NCBI RefSeq assembly: GCF_001194135.2
Contig: NC_068984.1
Span: forward strand, 81,258,062 to 81,322,061
Length of the DNA: 64,000 nucleotides
Source: Octopus bimaculoides
Taxonomy: Eukaryota
Reading direction: 5' to 3'
In this document: piece by piece, positions 25,390-37,920 of the stretch
How the letters are laid out: each line of letters starts with the position of its first letter
Numbering within the stretch: position 1 is the stretch's first letter
Translations under genes and position numbers: made by a program
The notes under the pieces: model-generated
The model's database searches: none
What the model saw: only the letters and a program-made list of their open reading frames with translations
Told to the model about the DNA's origin: nothing

Positions 25390-28057
25390 ATTATGTAAGA
25401 TCTTACACAATGGAATAAATGGCAGAACCAGATTGACAAAAGATGGTAAATGCCTGAGGCCAAGGGTTCATTGAAGTCTAGCCTTCATCATGTAATAATA
25501 ATAATGATAATAATTAATTCAAAGATCAGACCAAATTAGAAATAAAATTAATTTGGGATCCAACAACAATTAATAATTAATTATCTGTTTAAAGTTAAAG
25601 TAAACATGACAGACCAAGGAATGTGGAACAGCTCAGCATGTCTCTTTACGAAGGATTATCAATTTGTCTGTAAGGCATAGAATCTCTAAAATGTGACTCA
25701 GTCATTTAATCAAAGATGTTTGTTCTCTAGTCTCTCCATCAACTTCAGAGCATGTTTGAGTCAAAATGCTGTTTTAAACCTTGTACATATAGATCAGCAG
25801 TTTTTATTTGGTCAGTATCTTAACTGTCTCTTAAATTCTCAATACTAGAAAGAGAATACATTTGTCATCTAATATTGAGTATCATTTCTCAAATTTTGAT
25901 CATAAATAATGTAGAGACCATCTTGGTGGGGGAGGAGATGAGAGAGAAAGAGTACTTCTGTTTTCAACAGAACAGCTAATTCTAAAATCTTTTATTTCTA
26001 AATCTAGATAATTTCAAATTCAATAAAATTGGGTCAATACATGTATGTGTGTGTGTGTGCATATATATATATATAAAATTTAATATTATTAAAGCTGCAA
26101 AAACTTCACAAAAAACTGCTACTCAGTTTCATGTTCCTGTTTGCTGGACAGGGTGGAGAAATACAGATACACACACACAAATATATATATATATATAAGG
26201 CGTTTTTCAATGTCTGTCTACCAAATCCACTCACAAGGCTTTGGTCAGCCTGAGACTATAGTAGAAGACACTCGCCCAAGGTACCACATTGTGGGACTGA
26301 ACCTGGAAGCATGTGGTTGGGAAGCAAGCTTCTTACCATACAGCCACACCTGCGCCTATTTTATATATATATATATATAGCTGATTGCTGTTATAGTCAG
26401 AAGATCAACTTTATTTAAACCCACATCAGTCAGCCTTAATCACTTGATCAAGCAGACTGTGTCTAAGTATGTTCTAACAACAATTATTCCACCCAACTTT
26501 CAAGTATTGTACATCAGACTATATTAACCAATGTGTCATTTTAAAGATACCGGGAGTGTTTGAATGAGATTTGGCTTCTCTTTCTAGCAAATACAATAAC
26601 CATGTAGGCACTTCATCACTTGCTCATGATCAATTAGTTCTTATTGTGTACTTAAGGTTCATTTGGAGCTAGTTGAGTTTGGCTAAAAGCAATAGGAATA
26701 ATTACATAACAAAAATAGTTTGTATGGAATAACGTGATAGAAAAAAAAAAAAATCTTAATGAGTTAATGTGAGCTGAGCTGAAGGTTTCATTTGTTAGTG
26801 CAGTTGTAGTTAACTTCCAGCTACTGTTATTACATGTGCATGTTTATATTATAAATCTTCTGTGCGTAAAATGTACCTATATATAACTTCATTATGTGTT
26901 TTCACCTGTTACTAACATTACACCTACATATAAGCAGAACAATCCAGCTATAAATATTCACTTTATTGTGTTTGAAACAAACACTATAAAGTTAATTGAA
27001 TCTTATTTCAAGTAATTATCCATGAAGTCGAAAATATCACCTTCAGTTTCACATGGCAAAAAACTGGACTCTTAATAAGGAATCTTATTTGCAAAAAAAA
27101 ACAAAAAAACAAACTAAACGAATATTTTTAGTTCAGATAACTAAAAAAAATAAGCAATATGTGAAAAAAATATATATTTAGAGAATAAAAACTGGTCTTA
27201 AAATGGGTAGTATGAGAGAAAAATTAGGAAAATGCAGTCACCAATATGTCACTATTTAGTAATATTCCAATATTTAACAAACTTATTTAGAAAACTGAGG
27301 TATTAATGTATTTCTTAAATTGGCAAATTATTTCCAGATATCTTCCAATACAGGCAATTAATTCTAATTGACCAGTCTTATGGGTGGAAATCAATTGTCA
27401 GAAACTACACAAAAACCGTGTGTATACACACATACACATACAAATTTAGTCATTTGGTAATATAAGCATCAGATGGCAATAAAGAGCCAGAGTTGGTTTG
27501 ATGAACTTATTAAACCCTTGCATTGACCACAACCAATAAGAGAGAGAAATAAATAAATAAAAATCACCATATCTATTTTTAAGCCTTTAAATATTTTTCG
27601 AAACATAACAATAACTAAACATACTTTCTCATGACCTCAGTGTAGTTTCTATCCCGTTTGAGAAGTATGTAACAATTGCTAAAACATGTTCTGAATTTTG
27701 AGAGGAAAATCCAATATTTTATAATAGCTTAAGCAAAGTATATTTACACGATAAGAATGAGCTACTGTTGTGGGCTTGAATTTAATGGTGGCTGTGGGAT
27801 TATAGAGGCCACAAAATATTTAAAATGAAGTAGTATGCATAGTAGGCATATACAAACAAATGTTATTTGGATTAAATATATAAGTAGGAGTACTTAGTTG
27901 ACCATCATAAACTATGTCAATGAAAACTAGATATAAAAACTTAAAATGGAATTGCAAGTAGTAAATCAACATAAGCAGTATTTATTCAAAGGATACATTA
28001 GAAGTAAAGTTACAAGATAAACTGCCATTGACATATTTGAAGAAAGCAGTAATGAAT

Positions 28058-28496
28058 TTAACTCTTTTGATTTTAAGCATATTTCTGTTGAAATACACTG
28101 CCATAGTTTCAATTAATTTTGAAAATAATAAAAAATTAAGTAAAATAACTTTGTCCTAAATTTTGCTGGAACATAGATTAAAGTTTAAATCTAGATCACT
28201 TTAACACTTTTGTTACGATATTTCTGTTGTTGATATATTCTTGTGTTTATTTTGATTAATTTCAAATAAAATAAAGAATTTAGTAAAACAACTTTGTTAT
28301 TATTAAGCTAGTGTTAGTAACATAAATTAAGACTAAGTTTTGGTGGAAGAATTTAAATCAGAATTTTTGAAAACAAGACAGTTGTACTACAGAACCGATT
28401 GAAGGTGGGGGAGCCACATGTGAGTTGATATCAAAAGACCTAAAACAGGAAGCTTACATCATAGAATAAAAACCAGGATGGTATCTAAAGGGTTAA
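28058..28496 (+). mobile_element. piggyBac-like MITE; related copies at about 36170-36382, 21506-21713 and 19110-19300
   Basis: TTAA-flanked; one end (ccttttgttacYatatttctg..aaatacac..gtttcaattaa) is shared among the copies and with the right end of the 8471-9591 element. Confidence 0.65.
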
Positions 28497-28709
28497 AAAA
28501 ATATTTGTTAATGCAAGCCTTAAAGAGATGGTAGGTTCTCTAATAGTTTAATACATCTGCCGCACACAAAAACTATCATCTTGGTTAACCTTCTTTGATA
28601 TGGTTCTGGGTTCATTCAGACCCACCACCTTGGGCAAGTGTCTACTACTATAGCCTTGGGTCGACCAAAGACTTTGAGTGGACTTGGTCGATGGAAACTG
28701 AAAGTGCCA

Positions 28710-28749
<40 letters not shown>

Positions 28750-28752
<3 letters not shown>

Positions 28753-28876
28753 GAAGACTAGACACTAGCTTGAAACTCATGTCCTTTATATTGTATCAAA
28801 ATTTCATGCATTTATTTGTAAAGTTAAGGAAGTTAATAAAAACTGAAACCCATCAGTGACTTTTGGGACACCCTGT
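28750..28876. mobile_element. Tc1/mariner-like terminal fragment in a (TA)n tract
   Basis: Ends acttttgggacaccctg|TA, the reverse complement of a CAGGGTGTCCCAAAAGT Tc1-type terminus; no partner TIR found. Confidence 0.35.
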
Positions 28877-29476
28877 ATATATGTGTGTGTGTGTATATAT
28901 ATATATATAAAGCAAATGATATATAAGCATATGCATGTATACCTACATCTACATGTATATATAGATGCATATTCGGGTACAGGATGTTAGAAAAATGAAC
29001 GGGAGCATATATATATAAATAATAATAATAAAATTGACAACAAAAGAAGGAGACCTCAATATTAGGTAAATAGAGGATTATTATGTATGTATAATTTAGG
29101 GCAATCAGTAAGTTGTCATCATAGTACTTGGAGTTTCAAATGCCGGAGCTAAGAGCTACAATGCATTCTCATTGGCTATTAATGGCAACAGACGCTATGA
29201 AAAAAAAAAACATTGAATAAAAGGGAAGTTACTCTAATAGGTAGGAAAAAAATTAAAATATAAAAAATACATGCAACCATATTCTCACATAAAGCCTCCT
29301 GCGTTTATAATGTCTACATACGTACACACTCACACAAACATGTATATGTATATGCATTACACACACAAACTTATATGTGCATGTACATACTCATACGTAT
29401 ACACATATCCACATGCATATATATACTGAGAGAGAGAGAGAAACACACACACAAACACGTGCACTTTTCTTTTCAC

Positions 29477-29555
29477 TTGTATTGTGATTTTCTAAAAGAA
29501 GCACTGTTCGAACTTTTGTTGGTCTGATGCTCTGCTGTAGTGACAAGGCTAAATT
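29477..29555 (-). CDS. Candidate coding exon (79 nt): NLALSLQQSIRPTKVRTVLLLENHNT
   Basis: Follows the 29632 candidate across a 76-nt GT-AG intron with a T-rich acceptor, and is open in the matching phase. The donor (caa|gtgaaa) is weak. Confidence 0.25.
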
Positions 29556-29631
29556 CTAAAAATATTTCCCAAAAGAATGGCAAAATAAAAAAAACATTGA
29601 ACATAATTGTTTTGTAATGTTCTATAGTTAC

Positions 29632-29697
29632 CAATGATCTCACAGGTACCAAACCGATGAATCTACGGAACAATACAAAACTGTACTCAATGATCCG
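29632..29697 (-). CDS. Candidate coding exon (66 nt, phase 0/0): RIIEYSFVLFRRFIGLVPVRSL
   Basis: Acceptor ccctttgctcag|, donor TTG|gtaact. Only frame 0 is open and it contains several CpGs. Confidence 0.35.
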
Positions 29698-30848
29698 CTG
29701 AGCAAAGGGTTTGGTTTCAAAATCATTTTATAGGTCAGAATTCTTGTCATAGATCGAGATTTTGTCAATATTTACAAAATGTTCTTATATATAAAGATAT
29801 TTATGATTTCTGTGAGTAAGTACAATATTTGAAATTCCACAGATTCAAGGAAAGCCTCTTATGTTTCCAGGATTGAATCTTTTTGTAATAATCATTTAAG
29901 TTTATTATTTTATTATTATTATTCCCCACTTCCATCCTTTTTGTAAATCCCTACACAAATTGATCTGTCCCTGTGATATCACTCCTCATGCATGCCCCTA
30001 TGGCTAATGAAAGAAATAATAATAATAATCATAATAATAAAATATATTATTATTATTAACCTTACTCATGCTAACAATAGGATTGGTAAAAGGACATAAC
30101 CACCAAAATTATTAAAATTTGATACCAATTAATTCTTCTAGTCAACTTCTAATTGTCATTGTTGGCATCATCATCATCATCAAATTCTAATTTTCTTTTC
30201 CTGAACAATTTTTTTGTTTTTAATTAAGGAAACTTAGTTTTTACATACACATAAACACTTAGTAAATACAGAAACCAGTTTCAATCATTAAGTCTTACAG
30301 CTAAAAAATGGTAGGAAGGAAGGAAGGAAGGAAGGAAGGAAGGAAGAAAATGAACAGCCAATTCAGTTAACTACTAAACTAGAATATATAGGAAATCCAT
30401 GAGGATGTAAAATCATTAAGAATTATTAGAATTTGGAGTGAGTTGACAGAAATGGTACAGTAACAGAAGGTAAATGTCTTACAGTACTTAGTTTCCACAG
30501 CCTCTTTCTCCTTGGTTTTGAGTTCAAATTACATGAGGTTTTGGTTCATTCCCTTTTAAACTTTCTGGAATCAATAATCCTTTGCTTTTTATAAAGTCAA
30601 TTCTTCTATTAGTAAAATCAATCAATAGGTTTCTAGTAGCCTCTAAAAGTTCATAAAAACTAGTTTTCATCTTTAACTTCACATTAGACTACCTGTGACC
30701 CATTGGGTCACCTGAAAAATCTGAGTTTCACAGCAAAGGAGTTCTTTTCCATGTTTCTTTTTCCCTTTTCCAGGTTATTTTGCATGCATTCAATGAATAT
30801 GACATCAAAATCACACGTAAACAGCTCCTTTCCCCAGAAAAGGAAAGA

Positions 30849-30957
30849 TTTGGCTGCTATTTCTTGCATGCCCTGCTACCATGTAACAAGTATTTCAAGT
30901 CCTTTATCGCAAACAGCTGTTACATGGTAGCAGGGCGTGCTAGAAATAGGAACCAAA
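30849..30957. ncRNA. Pre-miRNA-like / MITE-like hairpin derived from repeat family E
   Basis: 23-bp stem (30866-30888 with 30918-30940, one G-T) extended by ctatttct/agaaatag and tttgg/ccaaa; loop about 29 nt. Expression is unknown. Confidence 0.3.
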
Positions 30958-32117
30958 ATTTGGAGCTGAGATATGTTGAATGCACCCAAAAAGTTTTGTA
31001 ATGGAATCCTCTTGGGACGATCTTTTGCTTTGTTCATAGAGCTGTCATCCAGATCAGCTGGTTCTGCTCATCAATTTCCGTAAAATTTTATCTATTTACT
31101 TTTGTTTTAAAGTGAGAGAGGAGAAATTGAAAGATGTATGATGAATATGTATGTGAAATGGACGTGTGTGTGAGAGAGGGAGAGAGAGAGGGAGAGAGGC
31201 GAGAGAGAGTGCTACTTACACATATATGAAAACACACATGTTCACTCACTCTGTCTCTTATGCACACATGACTGTGTGTATATGTCAAAGATAGTGGATG
31301 TGTGTTTGTGTTGACTGACATACCATGACATGCATTATATGTGTGTGTATTCTGTATGTATGTTGACGGTCACTGAAGCCATGTTATTTTTTCATCAAGA
31401 AATAAACAAAAATTGTGTTTAATCATTTTCATTAAAAAGTAGAGGTCCAAATATTACAAAAATTTGTACTGCACTGCTGAAGGTACGAAAATAAATATGC
31501 CAGATATTTCGGGTACACACAAACACCTCTAGAGTTTTAGTATTATTAAGATATGTTGTTGTTGCCTAGCAAAGAAAGCAGGCCAGCATTGACCCAGCAG
31601 AATTTTGAAACAATAACCATCCTAAAATTTCTTTGAAGTCATATGAATCCAGGATTTTATGCAATGGGTCATTTCCCTTTTAAGAAAGGTGTAATTTGAG
31701 GGGAATGTGGTTACTGTTTCTAGAATCTATAGTGACCACATAAATGCTGATCTAAATTGTTACTTAAGCTACATTTCTTGGAGGCTTTTATCAAAACTTT
31801 TCCTTTAACTGTTTCCTAAGAGTTCTTCATCCACTTATAGATAAGTGTAATACAGAGATGTTTCATTTGGAGTGAATTCTTGCCCCTAAACTTTGTAAGT
31901 TTCCCTCCATAAAGTTATTTTCTTCATCTTTTCATCATGCTCAAATGTCACTTTCAGTATGTAGGGGTCCAAAAGGCCTAGTTTTGGATCTATTGGTGTG
32001 TATTTTAGCATATTCAGTAACTAGTAGCCATGGATTAGTAGTTTCTACTGACTCTGAAAGAATGAAAGGCTTGGGACTTTCCTGAACTTTCAAGAACTAA
32101 TTCACAAAGGTGCATGT

Positions 32118-32164
<47 letters not shown>

Positions 32165-32774
32165 GTGAAGAAAGAAACAAAAGTGAGTATTGGGGATGTA
32201 TTTGCTTACAGGGTGTTGTTAACAAGCAGAAAAGACATATCTGATACTTCATAATAGTGAAGGTATGTTGTCCAGTGGTTACAGTGTTCAGCTCATAATC
32301 ACAAGATCACGGGTTCAATTCTTGGATGAGGCAACACACTTTATTTCCTGTTGCTCTAGGCTACTCAGCTGTAATAAGCACCAGCTGGGAGCAAATGCAG
32401 CATCCCTGCCCTTTCTTTCTCAGTTGTTACACCCTGAGGACACTAGTACATATAGTATAAATTCCTCATCTCAGAAATATAGAATTGTAGGAAGTTTGTA
32501 TCAAAGAACCAGAAGCTGTCTCAGATTGGTTGGTATAAAAAAAAAAGGTTAAAATTTCTTACTCAAATCTTTGCCATGTATTTTCTTTCTATAATTTCAC
32601 TGAAGAGGGCAGTGGTCACCAGCATAATTAGTGCATCGGATAAGAAGCTTATAGTATTTAATTACTGCTCTTTAGAGTCTGGATTCAAATGCTGTGTACA
32701 TCAACTGCATAGCAATCAAATATGAGTGAGGGAGTGACATAGTTGTCATCTTCAAATTTCTAGCTTTGTGCATA

Positions 32775-32990
32775 TGAGGGGGTGTTGAAAAGTTCCTGCT
32801 TTATGGATATCGCGAAGGGTTTGGTCGGAGGCCCAACCTTCTGAGTTCTTTTACAGAGCTTAGAAAATCTGAAAGACTGCTGCAATAAGTGTATGAGTTT
32901 GAGAGGGGAATATGTTGAATAAAATCCTAATTAACTGATACCCCTGTATTTTCGTTTACCCAAAGCCAGAAACTTTTCAGCACCCCCTCG
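32775..32990 (+). mobile_element. mariner-type non-autonomous element
   Basis: TA followed by TIR tgagggggtgttgaaaagttcc, and right TIR aaacttttcagcaccccctcg. Retains a transposase C-terminal remnant LENLKDCCNKCMSLRGEYVE* (mariner KC...G.YVE motif). A lone right TIR lies at about 61881-61913. Confidence 0.75.
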
Positions 32991-33187
32991 CCTGCTTGAC
33001 ATTATTACAATCTACTAGCTTCATATGCTGGAGCATGGCTACATACAGCAGTACTGCCTTCAAGGACCATAGCTAATTATGTTAAACTTAGTATTGTCAT
33101 TTTTAATTTGTACTGGAAGAATTACAAAGCAATGTGGACTGAGAAAGAATTTTGTCTCATAATATGAAGAGGTATAGCAATATAAGC

Positions 33188-33218
<31 letters not shown>

Positions 33219-34589
33219 CACACTTCTGGTCACTTCAGCAATGTATCTACATGTGTGCCGTTGGTGATTTGTTTTCCTTCTTCGGACTTTTCCTTTTCTC
33301 CTTTCTGACGAAGAGCTTGTGCTCAAAACAGCAAACTCTCCTTTCATCAAGCATCAAGTTAATACATTTCTTATGCACGTCCTCATGCTGCCCTTTTTTA
33401 AATTCATTTATTTGAACTGACTACACACACACACAGAGTTATATACATATCTGTCTTTCTTTCTTGGCCATTTCTTATCGCCCCCTACATCACTCCACCA
33501 TTTCAATTCATTCCCTCACACTTGCCTACAAAGCCAATGTTACTTCACTCTATTTTCGTCTCTTTTTCCCTAACTCTCAGATAAAGTGGGTATGGGCTCT
33601 CTTGAAATACTAGATTCTACACAATCCCCAGAGTAACTGAAATTATCCATCTTTCTCTCTCATTACCATGGTATAAGTTTAAATAACTTTCAAATCATTT
33701 ATGATTGCCATCAAAAATCAAAAAAAAAAAAAGAAGACAATTTTACAAACTGGAATGAGTGATAGATATAAACTTCTACAGCAAAGTTGATAAAAATATT
33801 TCTAGCAAGCAATAGTAATATGATTCCACACACACACACACACATACAGACATATACACAAAAGCCAATGCTGATGCAGACCAGCAATCAAATTTGGAAA
33901 TTGGAGAAGGTAGTTTATAAAAATAGTGATATTTTGTTAACATCTTACAAGAATGTTTAGATAACAGCTATGAGAAGTCTCATCTCATCACTTTTTTTTA
34001 TATCCCCACCCCCAGTACTTGCGTACGTAACAGCATCACATCAAGTCACAGATTTGTGCATCTAGGCTGGTTGCAATTTCTGTTATTTTAGAGAAACAAT
34101 ATTTATTTCTCAATACATATATTCATAAATATATATATATATATATATAAACATGTGTGTATGTGTGTTTATATATAGCTATATATATATAAGATCATCT
34201 GAGCGAAAAATTGGTGCCATTGTACATTTCCAGTGAATATTTTGTCCCAGTGCTCTTGAAGTAGTGAAATGATCCTTTACTTGTAAAACAAGAAAGGGTT
34301 GGTGACTGGAAGAGTATCACACTGTAAAAATACTTCCTCAAATAAGTATCCATCCAATCCAAGCTAGCAAGGAAACACAAACTCAAGATGAACAATATAA
34401 GTGTATGTATATACATAAAAATGAGGGTGGTGTGTGTGTGTGTGTATGGTGGGATGGGGTGAAATAAACATTGGAGATGGTTTGCCCCATGTAGAAACTG
34501 CAGGAACAATTCAGAGGTTTTGTAAGATTTAACAATCCATTGCAATGTTAGAAACCCTACCATATCATCAGCAAATATCTTAGGATCAC

Positions 34590-34930
34590 AAGTGCTTCAC
34601 CCTTTAGACTGTACATTTCTCAAGTGGGTCAGCAACGGCTGAACTAGTCTTTGCATGCAGAAGGGTTCCACCTGTGGTTTTGTATCAACCACAGCCTCCT
34701 TGAGCTTGTTTCTGCTGTCAATCCCTGTTTCATTAGTGACTTCCTTGAGTTGTCTGGGTTACAGACCTATCTCCCTCGGGGAAACAGCACTCCAATACAG
34801 CTGGAAAGCCATGCCAGCCAACATATTTCTCAAACAACCTTTTTTAAGTCTATCAGTCTCTTTTCTTGAAGTGCTAGGCTCTGAGAAAGTAAACAAAGCA
34901 GCACTTGTTGTCAAGTGATGAGAGTAGAGG
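34590..34930 (-). mobile_element. Possible RTE-like LINE 3' relic
   Basis: GC-richer island; minus frame LYW...PREIG*PRQLKEVTNETGIDSRNKLKEAVVD loosely resembles LINE C-termini (LK....GID.....A.D). Confidence 0.3.
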
Positions 34931-35699
34931 GTGAGGGCCAGCAAACACAGACATACACATACAACAGGCTTCCACAGTTTCCATTGTTAGCATAATTCAT
35001 TCACAAGGTAATTGTCAGCTCTATAATAGAAGATGCTTCTCCAAGATGTCATGCAGTGGAACTGAACCCAAAACCATATGGTAGTGAAGCAAGCTTCTTA
35101 ACCATACAGCCATGCTTGTACCTATATTCTATACACATTTGTAAACACATTAAACTCTCAGCCCCAAAGTAATTTTGTAACTTCTGCCAATTATTAATAT
35201 ATTATATATATATATATATATACACACATATTTTGAGTTCTATTTTCCTGTTTGCATCACCAAGCCTAGCAAACAGTTAAAATTTAATGAAATCTTTGGA
35301 ATGTGATAAAACCATTTACTTTATCTTTCAGAAATCGAATGTATCTATCTACTCATGTACATTATCAACAGAATGGCATAGTAAACAAAATAGGGGAAGG
35401 CAATGATTTAGCTAAAAATATCAAAACTGGGCTATGGATTCATTTAGGAAATCTTACTGGATCTTTCATTAGTTCCAACTATTAATTGGGTTTTTTTTCT
35501 TTTCTGTTTATCAAGTGAACTACCTATTCACTGAATTAGAGCATGTTTAGCTGAGTAATGTGACAGGCACTTGTAGCCTTAGTGTAACCTTCAGGCAGTA
35601 TCAACAAGATACAGTCCATTTGACAGATTTCCCACACAGCTTCCATTGCAAGTGTTGGGTCAGCCTGAGGCTATAGTAAAAGCATACACACCACTGCAG

Positions 35700-35960
35700 T
35701 GACCAGATGCTGGTCATAATAGGCTTCTAATACTTTCTTGGTTGGGTTGTGGCCTTTTTTTCCAATCTCAGCCGAAATTATTCAACTGAATTGTCTTCCA
35801 TTCATCATGGAGGCCTACCAAATGGCCTTTTCTGAACTCCTGGATACCACTGAACAAGTCCACTTGTTGTCTGTGAACCTCACAACATGTCCAGCCCATT
35901 AGAATTTGTGTTTTAGCTATTTTGCAATGATATCCGTAGCATGGACCTTTCCACAATCCT
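35700..35960 (-). mobile_element. RTE-clade LINE C-terminal relic
   Basis: Frameshifted translation gives IAKTQILMGWTC / DNKWT / RPFGRPP**MED, matching the RTE pattern L.WAGH..R....WT...W.P...KR..GRP..RW.D. Confidence 0.5.
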
Positions 35961-37362
35961 TTGCATGGAAAAGCACACAAGTATACACACACACACACAT
36001 TGGATAACATAGTCAGGAGTATACCATGCTTAAGAACGAGACAAAATGGTCATAAGTTTGAATCCTTTTAATTGTAAAACTGCTCTGTCATCATCATCGT
36101 TGTCGTCATCCATTAATGTCCCCTTTTCCATGCTGGCATGGATTGGACTGGTGGGAGAGGAGAATTCATTTAACCCTTTTGTTACCATATTTCTGCTGAA
36201 ATACACTAAATTTGATTTTAATCAATTTTCAAATTGAAGTAACTTCATCATTATTAAGCTGGATTTGAAAGATAAATGAACATGAAACTTTTATGAAAGG
36301 TTTTAATTAAGATCACTTCAAAACAAGAAGTTTATATCATGGAAGCAGGGGTGATCTTGGATGAGTTGGTTTCAAAAGAATTTTACAAAACAGTGAAAGG
36401 AGACCAAAGGTCTTTATTTTTACCTATATGGTAATACAGCCCTCTGCCAACTATCAAAAATGATTTGTGTACCAAGGAGGAAACCTCTATATGTCACTAG
36501 AACTGAATGAAACAGCCAAATCTTTCTGAAACCATGTCCTACAATCTTAGAGATGAAAAGAAATGCCAGTTGTGGCTGGAATACTTTTGGTCATAGGTGT
36601 TTCTTTTTTATTCTATCAACACTAAAGCCCTCTAAAAAGCACAATTCCAGAGCTATGGAAGCAAGGTTTGAAACCATAGAAAATAAATTTGTGATTTAGT
36701 TATAACTGAGAAAGCCTCTTTATTCACCACCACCACAAATAATGCATGATTATAAGTAAAGGCTTCGAAAAAGTAGAAGCCATGCAAAAAAAAAATTTGT
36801 TACAGGGCCTTACAAAAAAAAAAATGGTTTTCAGATTATTTGTTCCAGTTGTGACTGGGAGGAGGCAAGTTCCTTTACTTCTTGAAAACAGAGTAACTGA
36901 CACCGCCTCAGAAATAGGGACACAAGAATTTTAGAAAGAGATACAAAACCTGAGAAATGAGGAAACTATGTGAACTATGAGGTGGGGAGGGAGGATTGAC
37001 CTATGAATCTAAAAGCTTATGTTGAGAATAAATCAAGAATTTATGTCAATGCAAAAATAAATAAATAAATAAAATAAAGTCAAAGTGTGGTGGAAAGGAG
37101 AACAGGAATGAATTAGTATCAAGATGGTGTTTTAAATAAAAAAAAAAGTTCCTCTTCCATATTTATAACTTTATGTCAATCAATGAACCAGTACCCCACA
37201 TAGTACACACAAAATTTGCTAGAGTAAATGTTACATTCATGAACCAAGTAGTAACTGAATGTATGTTGTTACTAACATTCAATAATAACCAGTGAACTAG
37301 ATTATTCAAGGAACTATCATCATCATCATTATTACTATTATTATTATCATCATCATCATCAA

Positions 37363-37920
37363 GTAAGAGAGCAGTGCATGCCATCAAAGTGACACTGGGG
37401 TACAAATATATGAAGCTCAATATACCCATCATGACTACCTGTCTGATAAAGGTACACCAGGCACATGCATCATAACCATATGCATGCAACATGGTGACTT
37501 TATATCAAGATAAACAGCACATGACCTAGCAGGTGGAGCCCAGTTAGAATTTTCTTTAGGTCAAGTACCCTATCCTGTTCAAAAGGTCCCTGAATAAGGG
37601 TTGTTTAAGGATGATGAATGAAACACCCATATTTCCAGAGTTGAATTATTCAAACCCCAAAGAATTCCTCTCAACACATGGCTATCACACTCTCCCACTA
37701 CTCCCGTGTAATCAGAGATGCACATATCGTCAACCACTAAGGGACATGCTCAATTGGTTATGGTCAAGCAACTAACAATACGAATCTGTGGTATTGAGCA
37801 GAATATTTGCTGTAGCCCAACTTCTTATACCAAGGCAAAACATGTACATGATAACACTTCCAATCAGTTAAGATCAAAAGCCATGAGAGTTACTGCCTGC
37901 TACAACATCAGGGCATTCAT
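37363..37920. repeat. ~550-bp interspersed repeat bounded by (CAT)n and (ATT)n tracts
   Basis: GC-richer block without a credible ORF that I recall as an abundant Octopus repeat; only one copy occurs in this window. Confidence 0.45.

Noticed and set aside
28950-29320. Possible Penelope- or Helitron-like relic
   Set aside because: Looks repeat-like, but I found no diagnostic termini, ORF or clear second copy in the window.
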